Source: Mobula hypostoma (Eukaryota). From it: a DNA stretch of 64,000 nucleotides. The position numbers and the translations under genes were made by a program. Positions 25,201 through 37,661 of the stretch are shown in pieces (position 1 is the stretch's first letter; each line of letters begins with the position of its first letter). The notes under the pieces were generated by a model that worked only from the letters and a program-made list of their open reading frames with translations, ran no database searches and was not told where the DNA came from. The stretch is from assembly GCF_963921235.1 (NCBI RefSeq), contig NC_086097.1:54066001-54130000 (forward strand), written 5' to 3'.

Positions 25201-26869
25201 ATTTATGTTACCATCTAGGCTGACACATACCACAACATTGGATCATTATCTTTTTGACATTAAACTGGCACTATTTCAAAAATTAGCCCCAAGGCTTTGG
25301 GTTACCTTCACGGGTGTACCATGAACTGTGAGTTAGTGTTGGAAATACAGCATCTCCTATCATTTATGTCATAAAGGACAGGAAATAACTAAGTCAATGG
25401 ATCATGAACAGGTGGATTTGAGTGAGATTTTTTAAAATTGCATTCACATACTCAACCTGGCTCAAACTCAAATATCATTAGTTTTAATGAGGTGACCAAC
25501 CAACTCCCAGGAGATGGGTTCCCCACTTCATTATGTCTGCAAAGCTTATGTGTGTACCAGCTTTAACACAGGCCTGCCAAGACCCCAGACCTTAGCTCAC
25601 CTGGCAGCTCCAGAGAATCGAGGATTGTTTGTCAGAAGAGTAGAGTGCAATTTTTCAAAGGACTACTTACAGACCAGGAGGAATAGAAGTATTTCTGTAA
25701 TGTAGCCAATCTTCAAGTACACTTTTAATAATTAATTCCATTGATTGATGTGTGACGGGTCACTAAATGATAGGCTTTGCCACCTTTGTTGAAAATGGCT
25801 TCTGTTTTAGTTGGTTTTCCAACTCATTACAAAACAAGTGATAGTAACGGTGCATCAATTATATAAAAGTTTCCAGCCTAATAGTTAGCTCATAAAATTT
25901 ATGTGACAAGTTGTTTTTGCAGTTACATATTAGCATGTGCTTTCTTAGCAAAGTACCATATGCTATAATTTTTTTAGAACTGCTGAAAAGTTTCTAATGT
26001 ATTTCACAGTTAGCTAACAGGTCCACCTAAGAGTGCTCCAAAATGAAATAAGATCCACTAAACTGGTGGCAGTAATAAAATAGCCACCTGTTTTTTTAAA
26101 AGAAGATTGAATACTATTTATTTTGGAGATACTGCAATCTGGCAGCGGAGATGAGGAATAACCTGTTCACATATTCTCACAGCTGGATTCAGCTTTATCT
26201 TCCGATCTTAAAGTTCTACCTCACGTTTAATATGCCTGAAATTTAGAGTAAATAAATCAGGAGTTTAAAGAACTTATCCTAAATGGTGGTCCTTCTTTAT
26301 CTTTTTTATTATATGTTGTTCTACAGCCACTGTGAGCCTGGAAATTGCATCGGACTGGCTTTGCGCATGAATGCAGTAGCCAGGATGCTCTCTCTTCCCC
26401 AATAGTCTATTCCTGCCAAGCATTTATCAGGCAAGAAATGGTCTGCCAACAATAGAAGATCATCCTGAGTGTCAGCAGGCTATTTGTCCATGGAGCACCT
26501 AACAGACTGGTAGTGTAATGGTTATACTGCTGCATGAGTATTCCAGAGATTTTTCCCTATAATCTACGGAAAATGAGTTCAAACTGCCACTGTGGCACCT
26601 TCAAACTTAAAACTAAAGTTAAAAATCAGAAATTTCTGAAAATTTTGCCCATAAAAAGCTGAAAGTTAAAAATAATTAGCATCAAGCTATCAAGTCAACA
26701 AAGAACCTAAAGAAATTCATTCTCAGCAGCCCTGGCCCCAAGGAGTGTACACAGTGCAGCTTCCAGTACTCCAAAACATCTGGCATTGTGGTTAAGCATC
26801 ACAGAACGCCAGTAATGCAATTGGAAAATATGATGGCACACGTAACTAACAGAAAAATATAAATCTTCC

Positions 26870-27180
26870 TGTTACTGATCTAAAGCAAAACACGTGCATT
26901 GACCAGTTTAAGTGTAACTGATAGATCATTGCACCATAAGATGCTTTCATGGAGAGTTAAGCTATCTCTAAACTCATACTGAATCCCATTTACCCATACT
27001 CCTGTGCTTGCTGGCCTATACTTGCTCTCTGATTCAACAATGCACTAACTTTAAAATCATTCTTCTTGATTTCAAATTGTTCCCTGCCTGTCCTGTTCCA
27101 TTGCCAAAACCTCCTGGGATCCTTAACTTCTGGTTCTTGTGAACCAAATTTTCTTCACTTCAGGCCGTGGCTTTTGTCAG
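26870..27180 (+). mobile_element. Old L2 LINE C-terminal remnant
   Basis: Decayed TPVLAGLY.L...FKIILL, matching the HITPVLA.LHWLP...FKIL L2 motif. Confidence 0.5.
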
Positions 27181-27249
27181 AAGTACATGCAACAAAATTT
27201 GAAAGCAACCCAGAGGAAAGGTGAATAAAATGCACCAGATTTTAAATGA

Positions 27250-27365
27250 GGAGACACAAGGAACTGCGCATACTGGAATTAGAAGCAAAAAAAAATAAAC
27301 TGCTGAAAGAACTCAGCAGGTCAAGCAGCATCTGTGGAGGCAAAAGGATGGTCTACATTTAGGAT
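27250..27365 (-). mobile_element. Penelope-like terminal fragment
   Basis: GAACTCAGCAGGTCAAGCAGCATCTGTGGAGG is shared with the other PLE ends. Confidence 0.65.
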
Positions 27366-27521
27366 CTAGCTTTATGCATGTGTATGATGCACTTCTTGAG
27401 AAGACGCCATGGACATAAAGAGACGGCTTCATGTTTCCTCTTGATTCAAGGCTTCTACAAAAACAGAAAAATCTCATCATGAAGCATGTTTCAAATGGTT
27501 CTGCATACAGTACCATTGTCA

Positions 27522-28549
27522 GTACTTTAAACTTTATACTTTATACTTTATTGTCGCCAAACAATTGATACTAGAATGTACAATCATCACAGCGATATTT
27601 GATTCTGCGCTTCCCACTCCCTGGATTACAAATATTAAATATAGTAAAAATTAGTCAATATTAAAAATTCAAGTTATAAATCATAAATAGAAAATAGAAA
27701 AATGGAAAGTAAGGTAGTGCAAAAATACCGAGAGGCAGGTCCGGATATTTGGAGGGTACGGCCCAGATCCGGGTCAGGTTCCGTTCAGCAGTTTTATCAC
27801 AGTTGGAAAGAAGCTGTTCCCAAATCTGGCCATACGAGTCTTCAAGCTCCTGAGCCTTCTCCCGGAGGGAAGAGGGACGAAAAGTGTGTTGGCTGGGTGG
27901 GTCGTGTCCTTGATTATCCTGGCAGCACTGCTCCGACAGCGTGCGGTGTAAAGTGAGTCCACGGACAGAAGATTGGTTTGTGTGATGTGCTGCGCCATGT
28001 TCACGATCTTCTGCAACTTTTTTCGGTCTTGGACAGGACAACTTCCATACCAGGTTGTGATGCACCCTAGAAGAATGCTTTCTACGATGCATCTATAAAA
28101 ATTAGTGAGCATTTTAGGGGACAGGCCAAATTTCTTTAGTTTTCTCAGGAAGAAAAGGTGCTGGTGGGCCTTCTTGGCAGTGAACTCTGCTTGATTGGAC
28201 TAAGTCAGGTCATTTGTGATATTGACCCTGAGGAACTTAAAGCTTTTGACCTGTTCCACTTGCGCACCACTGAGGTAAACTGGGTCGTGCGGTCCGCTAC
28301 TCCTTCTGAAGTCAACAACCAATTCCTTCATTTTGCTGATGTTGAGGGATAGGTTATTGTCTTTGCACCATCCCACCAGGTTCTTAATTTCCTCTCTGTA
28401 CTCAAATTCATCATTACCCAAGATACGGCCTACAATTGTTGCATCATCAGCAAACTTGTATATTGAGTTTGATGGAAACTTGGCTACACAATCATGGGTG
28501 TACAGTGAGTACAGCAGGGGGCTGAGTACACAGCCTTGTCGGGCACTGG
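27522..28549 (-). mobile_element. Rex1/Babar LINE, 5'-truncated
   Basis: [17 protein letters not shown]...KFADD...LTNFYRCIVESIL; (AAAGTAT)n tail; TGTCA duplication at 27517-27521 and 28550-28554. Confidence 0.93.
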
Positions 28550-29509
28550 TGTCACCCTGTTTCTGATCAAATATATTTGTATTCTGTTGAATGAGTGAGA
28601 AGAGGAAGCAAAACAAATATGTTTAAGGGAACACTTGTCTGTAATGGCAGTGCCAAGTCACCCAGTCTTTCTCTGCTCCACACAGAAAACTCCCATATGT
28701 AACATGCCTCCTCGTGACAGACACAGACAGGATTGTGAATTATTGTTGTCTCCCAGAGAATAGAACCTCTGACATTGAGAAATGGGAGTTGAACCCATAA
28801 TCGAGACTGACTCAGTGGCAAGATTGCTACCACCTGAGCCAACTTGGAACCAGTGCAACATCGGAATTGAAAAAATATTTAGAATGTAGCTGGAGGCTTC
28901 TGTAAACAGAGCAGATGATGGTTGCCAGAAATGTAAAGGGGTTTTGAGATGATAATGAAAACCTGCCATGAACATTCTATCACTTATAAGATAATGGCAC
29001 AGAACGATCATCTATGAGAATATTCATCCTGTGAAACCTTGGGAAAGCAAGACACCCATTACTGGCTGGTACCATTTTTGCTTAAGCTATGTAATAGTCC
29101 TTGAACCACTCTATTATATGATTATATTGAACTTAAGAAGAGGCACTGGGTGAAGCTCCAATGATAAAGTAGAGTAACCATGGAGAATTGGTGAAGATGA
29201 ACATAATAAGGGACACCATATTATTGCCACACTCTGAACTTCCAAGAAGCGATCACCAAGTTTGATTTTCAGCAGAAGTTTATGGGTGCTGGTTCTCTGG
29301 CATCCACTTCAAAAGTTTTGAGAGAGAAGGTGAAGAAGAAGCATTTGGTGAAGTACACAGTGTAAATGAGAAGAAGAAAACTGCGGTGTTGGATAACAAT
29401 GACAATGATGATGAACAGGATATGTATAGCTGTTGTCCCTCTGCAGGAGCCATGGAACCTGACCCACATATGCCAGTGCCTCTGCCACTGATTACCTGCT
29501 GATGAAACA

Positions 29510-31555
29510 ATGTGCAAAATCAGTTCATCCCCCAGAGAAGGAAGGATTCAAAGGGGGGAAAGTGGCCACAGTGGTTGACAAAGGAAGTCAGAGATAGCAT
29601 AGCATTAAAAAAGAAGTATAACAGAGCTAAGGTGAGTGGGAAGATGGATGATTGGGAAATTTTTAAGGAGCAACAGAACTTAACTAAAAAGGCAATACGG
29701 GGAGAAAAAATGAGGTATGAACGCGAGCTAGCTAGGAATATAAAGGAGGATAGCAAAAGTTTTTTTAGGCATGTGAAGAGAAGGAAGCCCTTGAAGAATG
29801 AATTGGGAGAAATTGTTATGGGAAACAGAGAAATGACAGACGAATTTAATAAGTACTTTGGATCTGTCTTCACTAGGGAAGACACAAGCAATCTCCCAGA
29901 TATATGGATGGGCCAAGGACATAGGGTAACAGAGGAACTGAAACAGATTGACATTAGGAAGGAAACGGTGATAAGTAGACTGATGGGACTGAAGGCTAAC
30001 AAATCCCCAGGTCCAGATGGTCTGCATCCTAGGGTACTAAAGGAGGTGGCTCTGGAAATTGCGGATGCATTGGTGATCATTTTCCAATGTTCCTTAGATT
30101 CAGGATCAGTTCCTGAGGATTGGCGAATGGCTAATGTTATCCCACTTTTTAAGAAAGGAGGGAGGGAGAAAACAGAGAACTATCGCCCTGTTAGCCTAAC
30201 ATCAGTAGTGGGGAAGATGCTAGAGTTCATTATTAAAGATGAAATAGCAGCATATCTTGATAGCAGTGATAGGATTGGGCCGAGCCAGCATGGATTTACC
30301 AAGGGCAAATCATGCTTGACTAATCTATTGGAGTTTTTCGAGGATGTAACCAGGAAGATAGACGCGGGAGATCCAGTGGATGTGGTGTACCTTGACTTTC
30401 AGAAGGCATTCGATAAGGTACCACAAAGGAGATTGGTGGGTAAAATCAGAGCTCATGGCATTCTGGGGAGGATATTGACATGGTTAGAAAACTGGTTGGC
30501 AGATAGAAAGCAAAGGGTGGCAGTGAATGGGTGTTTCTCGGAATGGCAGGTGGTGACTAGTGGGGTGCCACAGGGCTCGGTATTGGGACCACAGCTGTTT
30601 ACGATTTACGTCAATGATTTAGAGGAAAGCATTGTGAATAACATCAGCAAGTTTGCTGATGATGTGATGAGGATGTTAGGAGAATTCAAGGTGACTTGGA
30701 TGGGCTGGGTGAGTGGGCAGAAACTTGGCAGATGGCGTTTAATGTGAATAAGTGTGAGGTTATTCACTTTGGGAGCAAGAACAGGAAGGCAGATTATTAT
30801 CTGAACGGTGTGGAGTTAGGTAAGGGTGAAATACAAAGAGATCTAGGAGTACTTGTTCATCTGTCTCTGAAGGTGAATGAGCAAGTGCAGCGGGCAGTGA
30901 AGAAGGCTAATGGAATGTTGGCCTTTATTACAAAGGGAATTGAGTACAAGAGCAAGGAAATCCTTTTGCATTTGTACGGGGCCCTGGTGAGACCACACTT
31001 GGAGTATTGTGTGCAGTTTTGGTCTCCAGGGTTAAGGAAGGACATCCTGGCTGTGAAGGAGGTGCAGCGTGTGTTTACTAGGTTAATTCCTGGGATGTCC
31101 GGACTGTCTTACGCGGAGAGGTTAGAGAGACTGGGCTTGTACACGCTGGAATTAAGGAGATTGAGGGGGGATCTGATTGAGACATATAAGATTATTAAGG
31201 GATTGGACAAGATAGAGGCAGGAAATATGTTCCAGATGCTGGGAGAGTCCAGTACCAGAGGGCATGGTTTAAGAATAAGGGGGTAGGTCATTTAGGACGG
31301 AGTTGAGGAGGAACTTCTTCTCCCAGAGAGTTGTGGAGGTGTGGAACGCGCTGCCTCAGAAGGCAGTGGAGACCAATTCTCTGGATGCTTTTGAGAAGGA
31401 GCTAGATAGGTATCTTATGGATAGGGGAATCAAGGGTTATGGGGACAAGGCAGGAACCGGGTATTGATAGTAAATGATCAGCCATGATCTCAGAATGGCA
31501 GTGCAGGCTCAAAGGGCCAAATGGTCTACTTCTGCACCTATTGTCTATTGTCTAT
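29510..31555 (+). mobile_element. Young CR1 LINE ORF2, 5'-truncated
   Basis: ORFs 29512..30747 and 30696..31286 with KSPGPDG, YLDFQKAFDKV, GVPQGSVLGP and FADD. (CTATTGT)n tail; TGAAACA TSD at 29503-29509 and 31556-31562. Confidence 0.96.
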
Positions 31556-31819
31556 TGAAACACCCATTCATGATACGTTATCCCCAGATCCGATAGTGCT
31601 GGCTCCTTGTTCTACTCTGTAAGCTTGAAGTCAACTATAATAATTTTAGAAATTGGAGAAGATCTCCTGCAGCCTGCACCACAATGAATAAGCTAACCTA
31701 ACTTTTCACAGCTCCAATTTTCTCCCTAATTCTTTTTCCCTTAATTTCACTGTGGCCCAAAATCCTACATTCCCTCTCCCTCCCATATCCCAATGTGCAT
31801 TTGCGTCCAATTCATCCAT

Positions 31820-32270
31820 CAAGAAGATAACCAAAAGCTTGGCAAGAAGTTCATGAGATGCTATAAAGGAGGACAGGGAGGGAGAAAGCTGGGCTGGATT
31901 AGGAAATGAAATACTTGGGCCACTGGGCTGTAACTCCAGTACTGCAATGATTAAACACAAAAAGCCAGCACAGAGAATTGCAGAGCTGGAGGGCATTACA
32001 GTTACACGGATAGTACATCTAAATATGAGATTATTATAATTGAGCCATTGATTAACTGAGAGCCAATATACAGAGCTGATGAGTACTCAGAATTTGGCAT
32101 GACTTAAGACACGGATAACAAATGATCTCGGGTTTAAGGAAAGTAGAATCAGGAAGACCAAGTGGGAATAATCTAGTTTGAAGTTATCAAAGCACATATG
32201 GTGTCATCAATACCAGATGAGCCCCAGAAGGGTTAGAACTGAATAATTCATTTGGGATGGAAATTGATAG
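31820..32270 (-). mobile_element. Old L2-like remnant
   Basis: Weak, decayed similarity to the L2 C-terminal and 3' region. Confidence 0.35.
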
Positions 32271-32277
32271 TCTTGGA

Positions 32278-32412
32278 TGGCCCAATGAAGGGTCTTGGCC
32301 CAAAACATCAACTATTCAATCCTCTCCATAGATGCATCCTGTCCCGCTGAGTTTCTTCAGCATTTTGTTTGTGTTACTCAAGCTTTCCAGCATCTGTAGT
32401 ATGTCTTGTGTC
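32278..32412 (+). mobile_element. Penelope-like terminal fragment with hammerhead-like motif
   Basis: CCAATGAAGGGTCTTGGCCCAAAACATCAACT...CATAGATGC...CTGAGTTTCTTCAGCATTTTG. Confidence 0.7.
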
Positions 32413-32789
32413 TCAGTCTTAGATGTGCATCTTGGTCAGTTGGGCTGAAGTGCCTGTGACTGGTGATAGCAACTACTTAAGTGAAGTACTTGTCTGAACC
32501 CTGATAAACTTCAATAACTAGCTCCACCAAGACTTGACTCTGCATCAGCTTTCTTTGTGAAGAAATAGACAGAGAAGGTAGATTTGTTTAATTCATTCCC
32601 AGTAAGTTTGACAATCTGAAGCATTGGGTTGCTGATATGAAACAAAGAATCTGATATCCAAAATCCATTACTGCCACTCACACACCAAAATGGTGAGGTA
32701 AAATGCTTAAAATGAAAGAGCTGCTCTTGCCAAAAATAATAATGGCAAAAGGTACAATACAATGCAAAAATGTGGCTACAAAGAAAAGT

Positions 32790-32995
32790 ATCCATTGTCT
32801 TCTCCTAATAGATTCCTTCAGGCCTTTCTTACCTAACACCTCCCAGCTTCTTATCACCCACCCCTTCACCAACCTACCTTCTCCCTCACCTGGTCTCACC
32901 TATCACCTGCCAGCTTGTACTCCTTCCCCTCCCTCCACCTTCTTATTCTGGCTCCTGACCCCTATCCTTACAGTGCTGATGAAGGGTCTCAGCTC
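32790..32995 (+). mobile_element. Penelope-like 3' UTR ending in a truncated hammerhead core
   Basis: Pyrimidine-rich UTR similar to 1680-1820, followed by CAGTGCTGATGAAGGGTCTCAGCTC. Confidence 0.7.
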
Positions 32996-33131
32996 AGTAC
33001 TTTAAATTCCTCGGAGTTACCATTAAAGAGGATCGGAACTGGGACCAGCGTATAAAGAAGTTACAACAGTGCCTCTGCTTTCTCACAAGTTTGCATAGAC
33101 TCGACATGCCATCTAGAAATTTAACAAATTT

Positions 33132-33966
33132 ACATAGAAACATAGAAAACCTACAGCACAATATAGGCCCTTCAGCCCACAAAGTTGTGCTGAACATGTC
33201 GCTACCTTAGAAATTACTAGGCTTACCCATAGCTCTCTATTTTACTAAGCTCCATGTACCTATCCAAAAGTCTCTTAAAAGACCCTATCGTATCCGCCTC
33301 CACCACCAAGGCCAGCAGCCCATTCCACACACTCACCACTCTCTGTGTAAAAAACTTACCCCTGACATCTCCTCTGTACCTACTCCCCAGCACCTTAAAC
33401 CTGTGTCCTCTTGTGGCAGCCATTTCAACCCTGGGAAAAAGCCTCTGACTATCCACACGATCAATGCCTCTCATCATCTTATACACCTCTATTAGATCAG
33501 CTCTCATCCTCCTCCGCTCCAAGGAGAAAAGGCCGAGTTCATTCAATCTGCTTTCATAAGGCATGCTCCCCAATCCAGGCAACATCCTTGTAAATTTTCG
33601 CTGCACCCTTTCTATGGTTTCCACATCTTTCCTGTAGTGAGGTGACCAGAACTGAGCACAGTACTCCAAGTGGGGTCTGACCAGAGTCCTATATAGCTGC
33701 AACATTACCTCTCGGCTCCTGAATTTTATTCTACGATTAATGAAGGCCAATACACCGTATGCCTTCTTAACCACAGAGCCAACCTGCACAGCTGCTTTGA
33801 GCGTCCTATGGATTCGAACCCCAAGATCCCTCTGATCCTCCACGCTGCCAAGAGTCTTACCATTAATACTATATTCTTCCATCATATTTGATCTACCAAA
33901 ATGAACCACTTCACACTTATCTGGGTTGAACTCCACCTGCCACTTCTCAACCCAGTTTTGCATCCT
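33132..33966 (-). mobile_element. Young CR1 3' fragment
   Basis: Open frame within ORF 33223..34077 (WQVEFNPDKCEVVHFG...LVRPHLEYCAQFW...TRGH...FFTQRVV). Confidence 0.95.
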
Positions 33967-34549
33967 AACTTCTGCAAATGCACTCTGGATAGTATCCAAT
34001 CTGGTTGCATCATGGCCTGGTATGGAAACACTATGCCCAGGAATGGAAAAGTTTACAAACTGTGTTGGATACCTCATCGGTTAAGCCCTCCTCATCATTG
34101 GGACCATTTACAAAGAGCGCTGCCAGAAGAAAGCAGCAACCATCATCAAAGACCCCCATCAACCCATGCTCTCTTTTCACTACTACTGTCAGGCAGGAGG
34201 TACAGCAGCCTTTGATCCCACATCACGAGCATCAGGACCAGTTAGTACCCTTCAACCATCAGGCTCCTGAACCCAACCAGTGGGGATAATTTCACTCACC
34301 TCAATGCTGAAGTGACTCCACAACCTATAGATTCACTTTCAAGGATTCTACTGCTCATTTTCTCAGTATTATTTATTTATTTCTTTTGATTATTTGCACA
34401 ATTATGATTTGTTTTCTTGAGCACATGGGTTGTTTTTCAGTCTTTATGTACAGTATAGTTTTCAAAAATTCGATTGTATTTCTTTATTTCCCTGTTAAGT
34501 ACCTTCAAGAAATGAATCTCAAGGTCGTATGTGGTGATATATATATAGT

Positions 34550-34624
34550 CAGTCAGTCAGTGGGTGCTGTCCCGAACCCGGGGTTGGCGGCTATGCACCT
34601 CCATCTCATTCGATCTTGCGACAG
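34550..34624 (-). mobile_element. RTE-like LINE extreme 3' end with (ACTG)n tail
   Basis: LSQDRMRWRCIAANPGFGTAP resembles the RTE-clade C-terminal .QDR..WR motif, followed by ACTGACTGACTG. ATATATAGT is duplicated around the whole insert. Confidence 0.6.
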
Positions 34625-34787
34625 CACCATGTGCAGCTTCTCCTCCAGTTTGTTCTCGCTGGCCAGCTTGTCTCCGCCTGCCGCCGCCCCCACCGAACTC
34701 GAGCCCGAGGACATGTCGGCCTCCAGCCATGGCCGCTTCTTCGAGCTCAGCCCTTCCTTAGGCAGAGGCCTTGGGCAGGTCCAGACA
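34622..34787 (-). pseudogene. ZFTRAF1: Circularly permuted retro-fragment of ZFTRAF1/CYHR1 exon 1
   Basis: The minus strand reads CLDLPKAS (34787-34764), then EGLSSKKRPWLEAD...ASENKLEEKLHMVL (34756-34622). The vertebrate CYHR1/ZFTRAF1 sequence I recall runs KKR..[25 protein letters not shown], so the two blocks are swapped. Confidence 0.75.
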
Positions 34788-35531
34788 TATATAGTACGTA
34801 CATTGATAATACCTTTACTTCGAACTAGGAACAAAACATCAACACTATAGATGCTGTCTAACCCACAGAGTTCCTCCAGGAAATTGTACATGCAAATCAT
34901 TTTATGCAATGACAAAACAATTATAATTGCATTGCCACAGTTACTGCCACCTTTCAATGTTGATATACTGAAGGTCATAAAAGGAAAGATGCACAACATG
35001 TTTTTCAAGCTGGCAAGAAGCACAAGCTGAATGAACAGTTCAGAGAAATAATAGAATTTGTGTGGGATCAATTTGCATACAGTAAATTGGTGTATGTACA
35101 TACAGTGGATTCTAGTTAATTGGGACACTTCAGGACCAGTAAATTTTGGCCCAGTTAAGCAGCTGCCCTAATTAGCCAAAGTTTCATGGAAATAGTCAAA
35201 AAGGTATAAAAAAGACAAACTACAATTTAACTGAGTAACCAGCTACATATTTAAATAAATAAACAAAACAAATTAGAACATTGTCAATTCTACTACAATA
35301 CTCTAAAATTGGTATTTCTTCCTAATAGTTATCGACGGAGGAACTATTCCAATGTATGCTGCAGTGCTTTTTTGATCGATTGTAAACAAAAATCAGTGTA
35401 GACACCTAGTGGAGATAATGGACTGCCTTCATGCAATCCTTTCGGTGATTGCATCTTCCAAATCTTCATTTTCATGGTAACATTCATGATGATTGTTAAT
35501 ACCTTCAAATTATTCTTTGTTCCTACCTTGT

Positions 35532-37440
35532 TCAAAGTTCAAAGATCAAAGTAAATTTATTGTCAAAGTACACATATGTCACCATATAAAATGCTGAGAA
35601 TCATTTTGTTGCAGACATACTCAATAAATCCATAATTGGATAACAATCATAACAGTTACTCCTTTCTTTCAAAAGCCTTTATGATTGAGGGTTAATAACT
35701 GTTTCTGAACCTGATGCTGTGAGTTCTATAGCTCCTGTACCTTCTTCCTGATGGCAGCAGCGAGAAGAGAGCATATCCTGGGTGGTCGGGATCCCTGAGC
35801 ACGGACACAGCTGTCCTGCACCAACATTTCATATAGTTATGCTCGATAGAGGGGAGGGCTTTACCCATGATGGACTGCGCCATATCCACTACTTCTTGTA
35901 GAATTTTCTGTTCAAGGGCATTCGTGTTTCTATACCAGGCCATGATGCAGCCGGTCAATATACTCTCCACTACACCGAAATAGAAGTTTGTCACAGTTTT
36001 AGATGTCATGCCTGATTTTTGCAAAGTCCTAAGGAATAGAGGTGCCTCTATGCTTTCTTCATAATTGCACTTACGTGCTGGGCCTAGAACAGGTCCTCCA
36101 AAATAATAACACCGAGGAATTTAAAATTGTTGACCCTCCCCATTTCTGACCCTCCAGTGAGGACTGGCTTGTGGACTGCTGGTTTCCTCCTCCTGAAGTC
36201 AATAATCAGCTCCTTGGTCTTGCTGACATTGAGTGAGAGGTTTCTGTTATGGCACCACTCAGCCAGATTTTCAATCTCACTCTTATACACTGATTCATCA
36301 TCTCCTTTGGTTTGGCCTATGGCAGGGGTGACATCAATGGGGCTGTGCTTAGCCACACAATCGTAAGTGTAAAGTGAGCAGAGCAGGGAGCTAAGTACAC
36401 AGCCTTGTGGTGTACCTGTGCTGATGGAGATCGTGAAGGAGATGTTGTTGCCAATCCAAGCTGACTGGGATCTGCAAGTGAGAAAATCGAGGATCCATTT
36501 GCACAAGGAGGTATTGAGGCCTACACCTTGGAGCTTATTGATTAGTTTTGAGGGGATAATGGTATGAATGACGAGCTGTAGTCGATAAGAACATCCTGAT
36601 GTATGTATCTTTGCTGTCCAGGTGTTCCAGGGTTGCGTGAAGAGCTAATGAAATGGTATCTGTTGTTGACCTGTTAATCCAGTAGGCAAATTGGAGCACT
36701 TCCAAGTCACTTTTCAGGCAGGAGCTGATATGTTTCATCACCAACCTCTCACAACACTTCATCACTGTGGATGTAAGCGCTACCAGATGATAGTCGTTGA
36801 AGCAGATCATCATGTTCTTCTTGGGCACTGTTATAACTGAAGAGTGCTTGAGACAGCAGGGTACCTCAGGCTGCCAAAACAAGAGGTTAAAGATTTCAGT
36901 GAACACTCCAGCCTGTTGATCAGCACAGGTCTTTAGTACCCGGCCAGGTACGCTGTCTGAGCTGGATGCTTTTCATGGGTTCTCCCTCCAGAAGGCTGCT
37001 CGTACGTTGGCGTCAGAGACTGAAATCACAGGATCAGCGGGGGCTGTGAGAGCTCTTGAAGCTTCCTCCATGTTTTAATGGTCAAAGCAAGCATAGAAGC
37101 TATTGAGCTCAGTTGGAAACGAAGCCATACTGTCTCCTATGTAGTTTGATTTAACTTTATAAGAGGTGCTAGTATTCAAGCACTGCCCCAACTGTCGAAC
37201 ATCCTTTGCTGATTCACGGTTAGTCCGGGATTACCACTTTGCCTGTGAGATGGTTTTCTGGAGGTAGTACCTACAGCTCTTGTAACTTTCCTGGTCATTG
37301 GACTTGAATGCTTCTGATATGGCTCTCAGCAGGTTGTGGATTATTTATGTGGATGGTTTATCCAGGGCTTCTGTCTGGGAGAAACTCTGAATGCCTTTGT
37401 GCAGAGACACTCATTTACAACTGTTTTAGTGAAGTCCCTA
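35532..37440 (-). mobile_element. Decayed Rex1/Babar LINE
   Basis: ORFs 36535..36906, 36084..36506 and 35692..36024 with [14 protein letters not shown] and SGRRYRS. Confidence 0.92.
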
Positions 37441-37661
37441 AAGTGAAATTGTTTCATTTTCATTCCCCGCCATTCTGGCATGCTTGAAAACGCAGTCAGC
37501 CAGTTCTGAATTGTCCTACTGTTTATTTCTCACCAACTATCAGTGACAAAAATCATTGTTTTTTGAATGCAAACACACGGAATTGACGGTATTTAGAAAC
37601 GGTTTGCTCTTAGCACGGTGTAGTATCCAGTGGTCACGCAAGTGGATACAACTGACACTAG

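Larger units (their letters stand above)
27368..31700 (+). pseudogene. Candidate decayed retrocopy of an unidentified gene, split by Rex1 and CR1 insertions
   Basis: About 1.25 kb of non-repeat sequence (27368-27521, 28555-29509, 31563-~31700), rejoined using the TSDs TGTCA and TGAAACA. Protein-like peptides (EEEAKQICLREHL, WHRTIIYENIHPVKPWES, acidic FEREGEEEAFGEV...DNNDNDDEQDMY), but many stops and frameshifts. Confidence 0.3.
32996..34830 (+). mobile_element. Rex1/Babar LINE 3' part, host of a CR1 and of the chimeric retrocopy
   Basis: FKFLGVTI at ~33000; resumes at 33967 (NFCKCTLDSIQSGCIMAWYGN...HALFSLLLSGRRY). The 3' UTR is interrupted at 34550-34786. Confidence 0.85.

Noticed and set aside
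26485..26600. tRNA gene
   Set aside because: Only degenerate A/B-box-like motifs with no cloverleaf; more likely a decayed retroposon head.
34386..35128. 154-aa and 191-aa ORFs as host genes
   Set aside because: They cross Rex1 UTR, the chimeric insert and flanking DNA; only the internal ZFTRAF1-like and RTE-like parts are meaningful.
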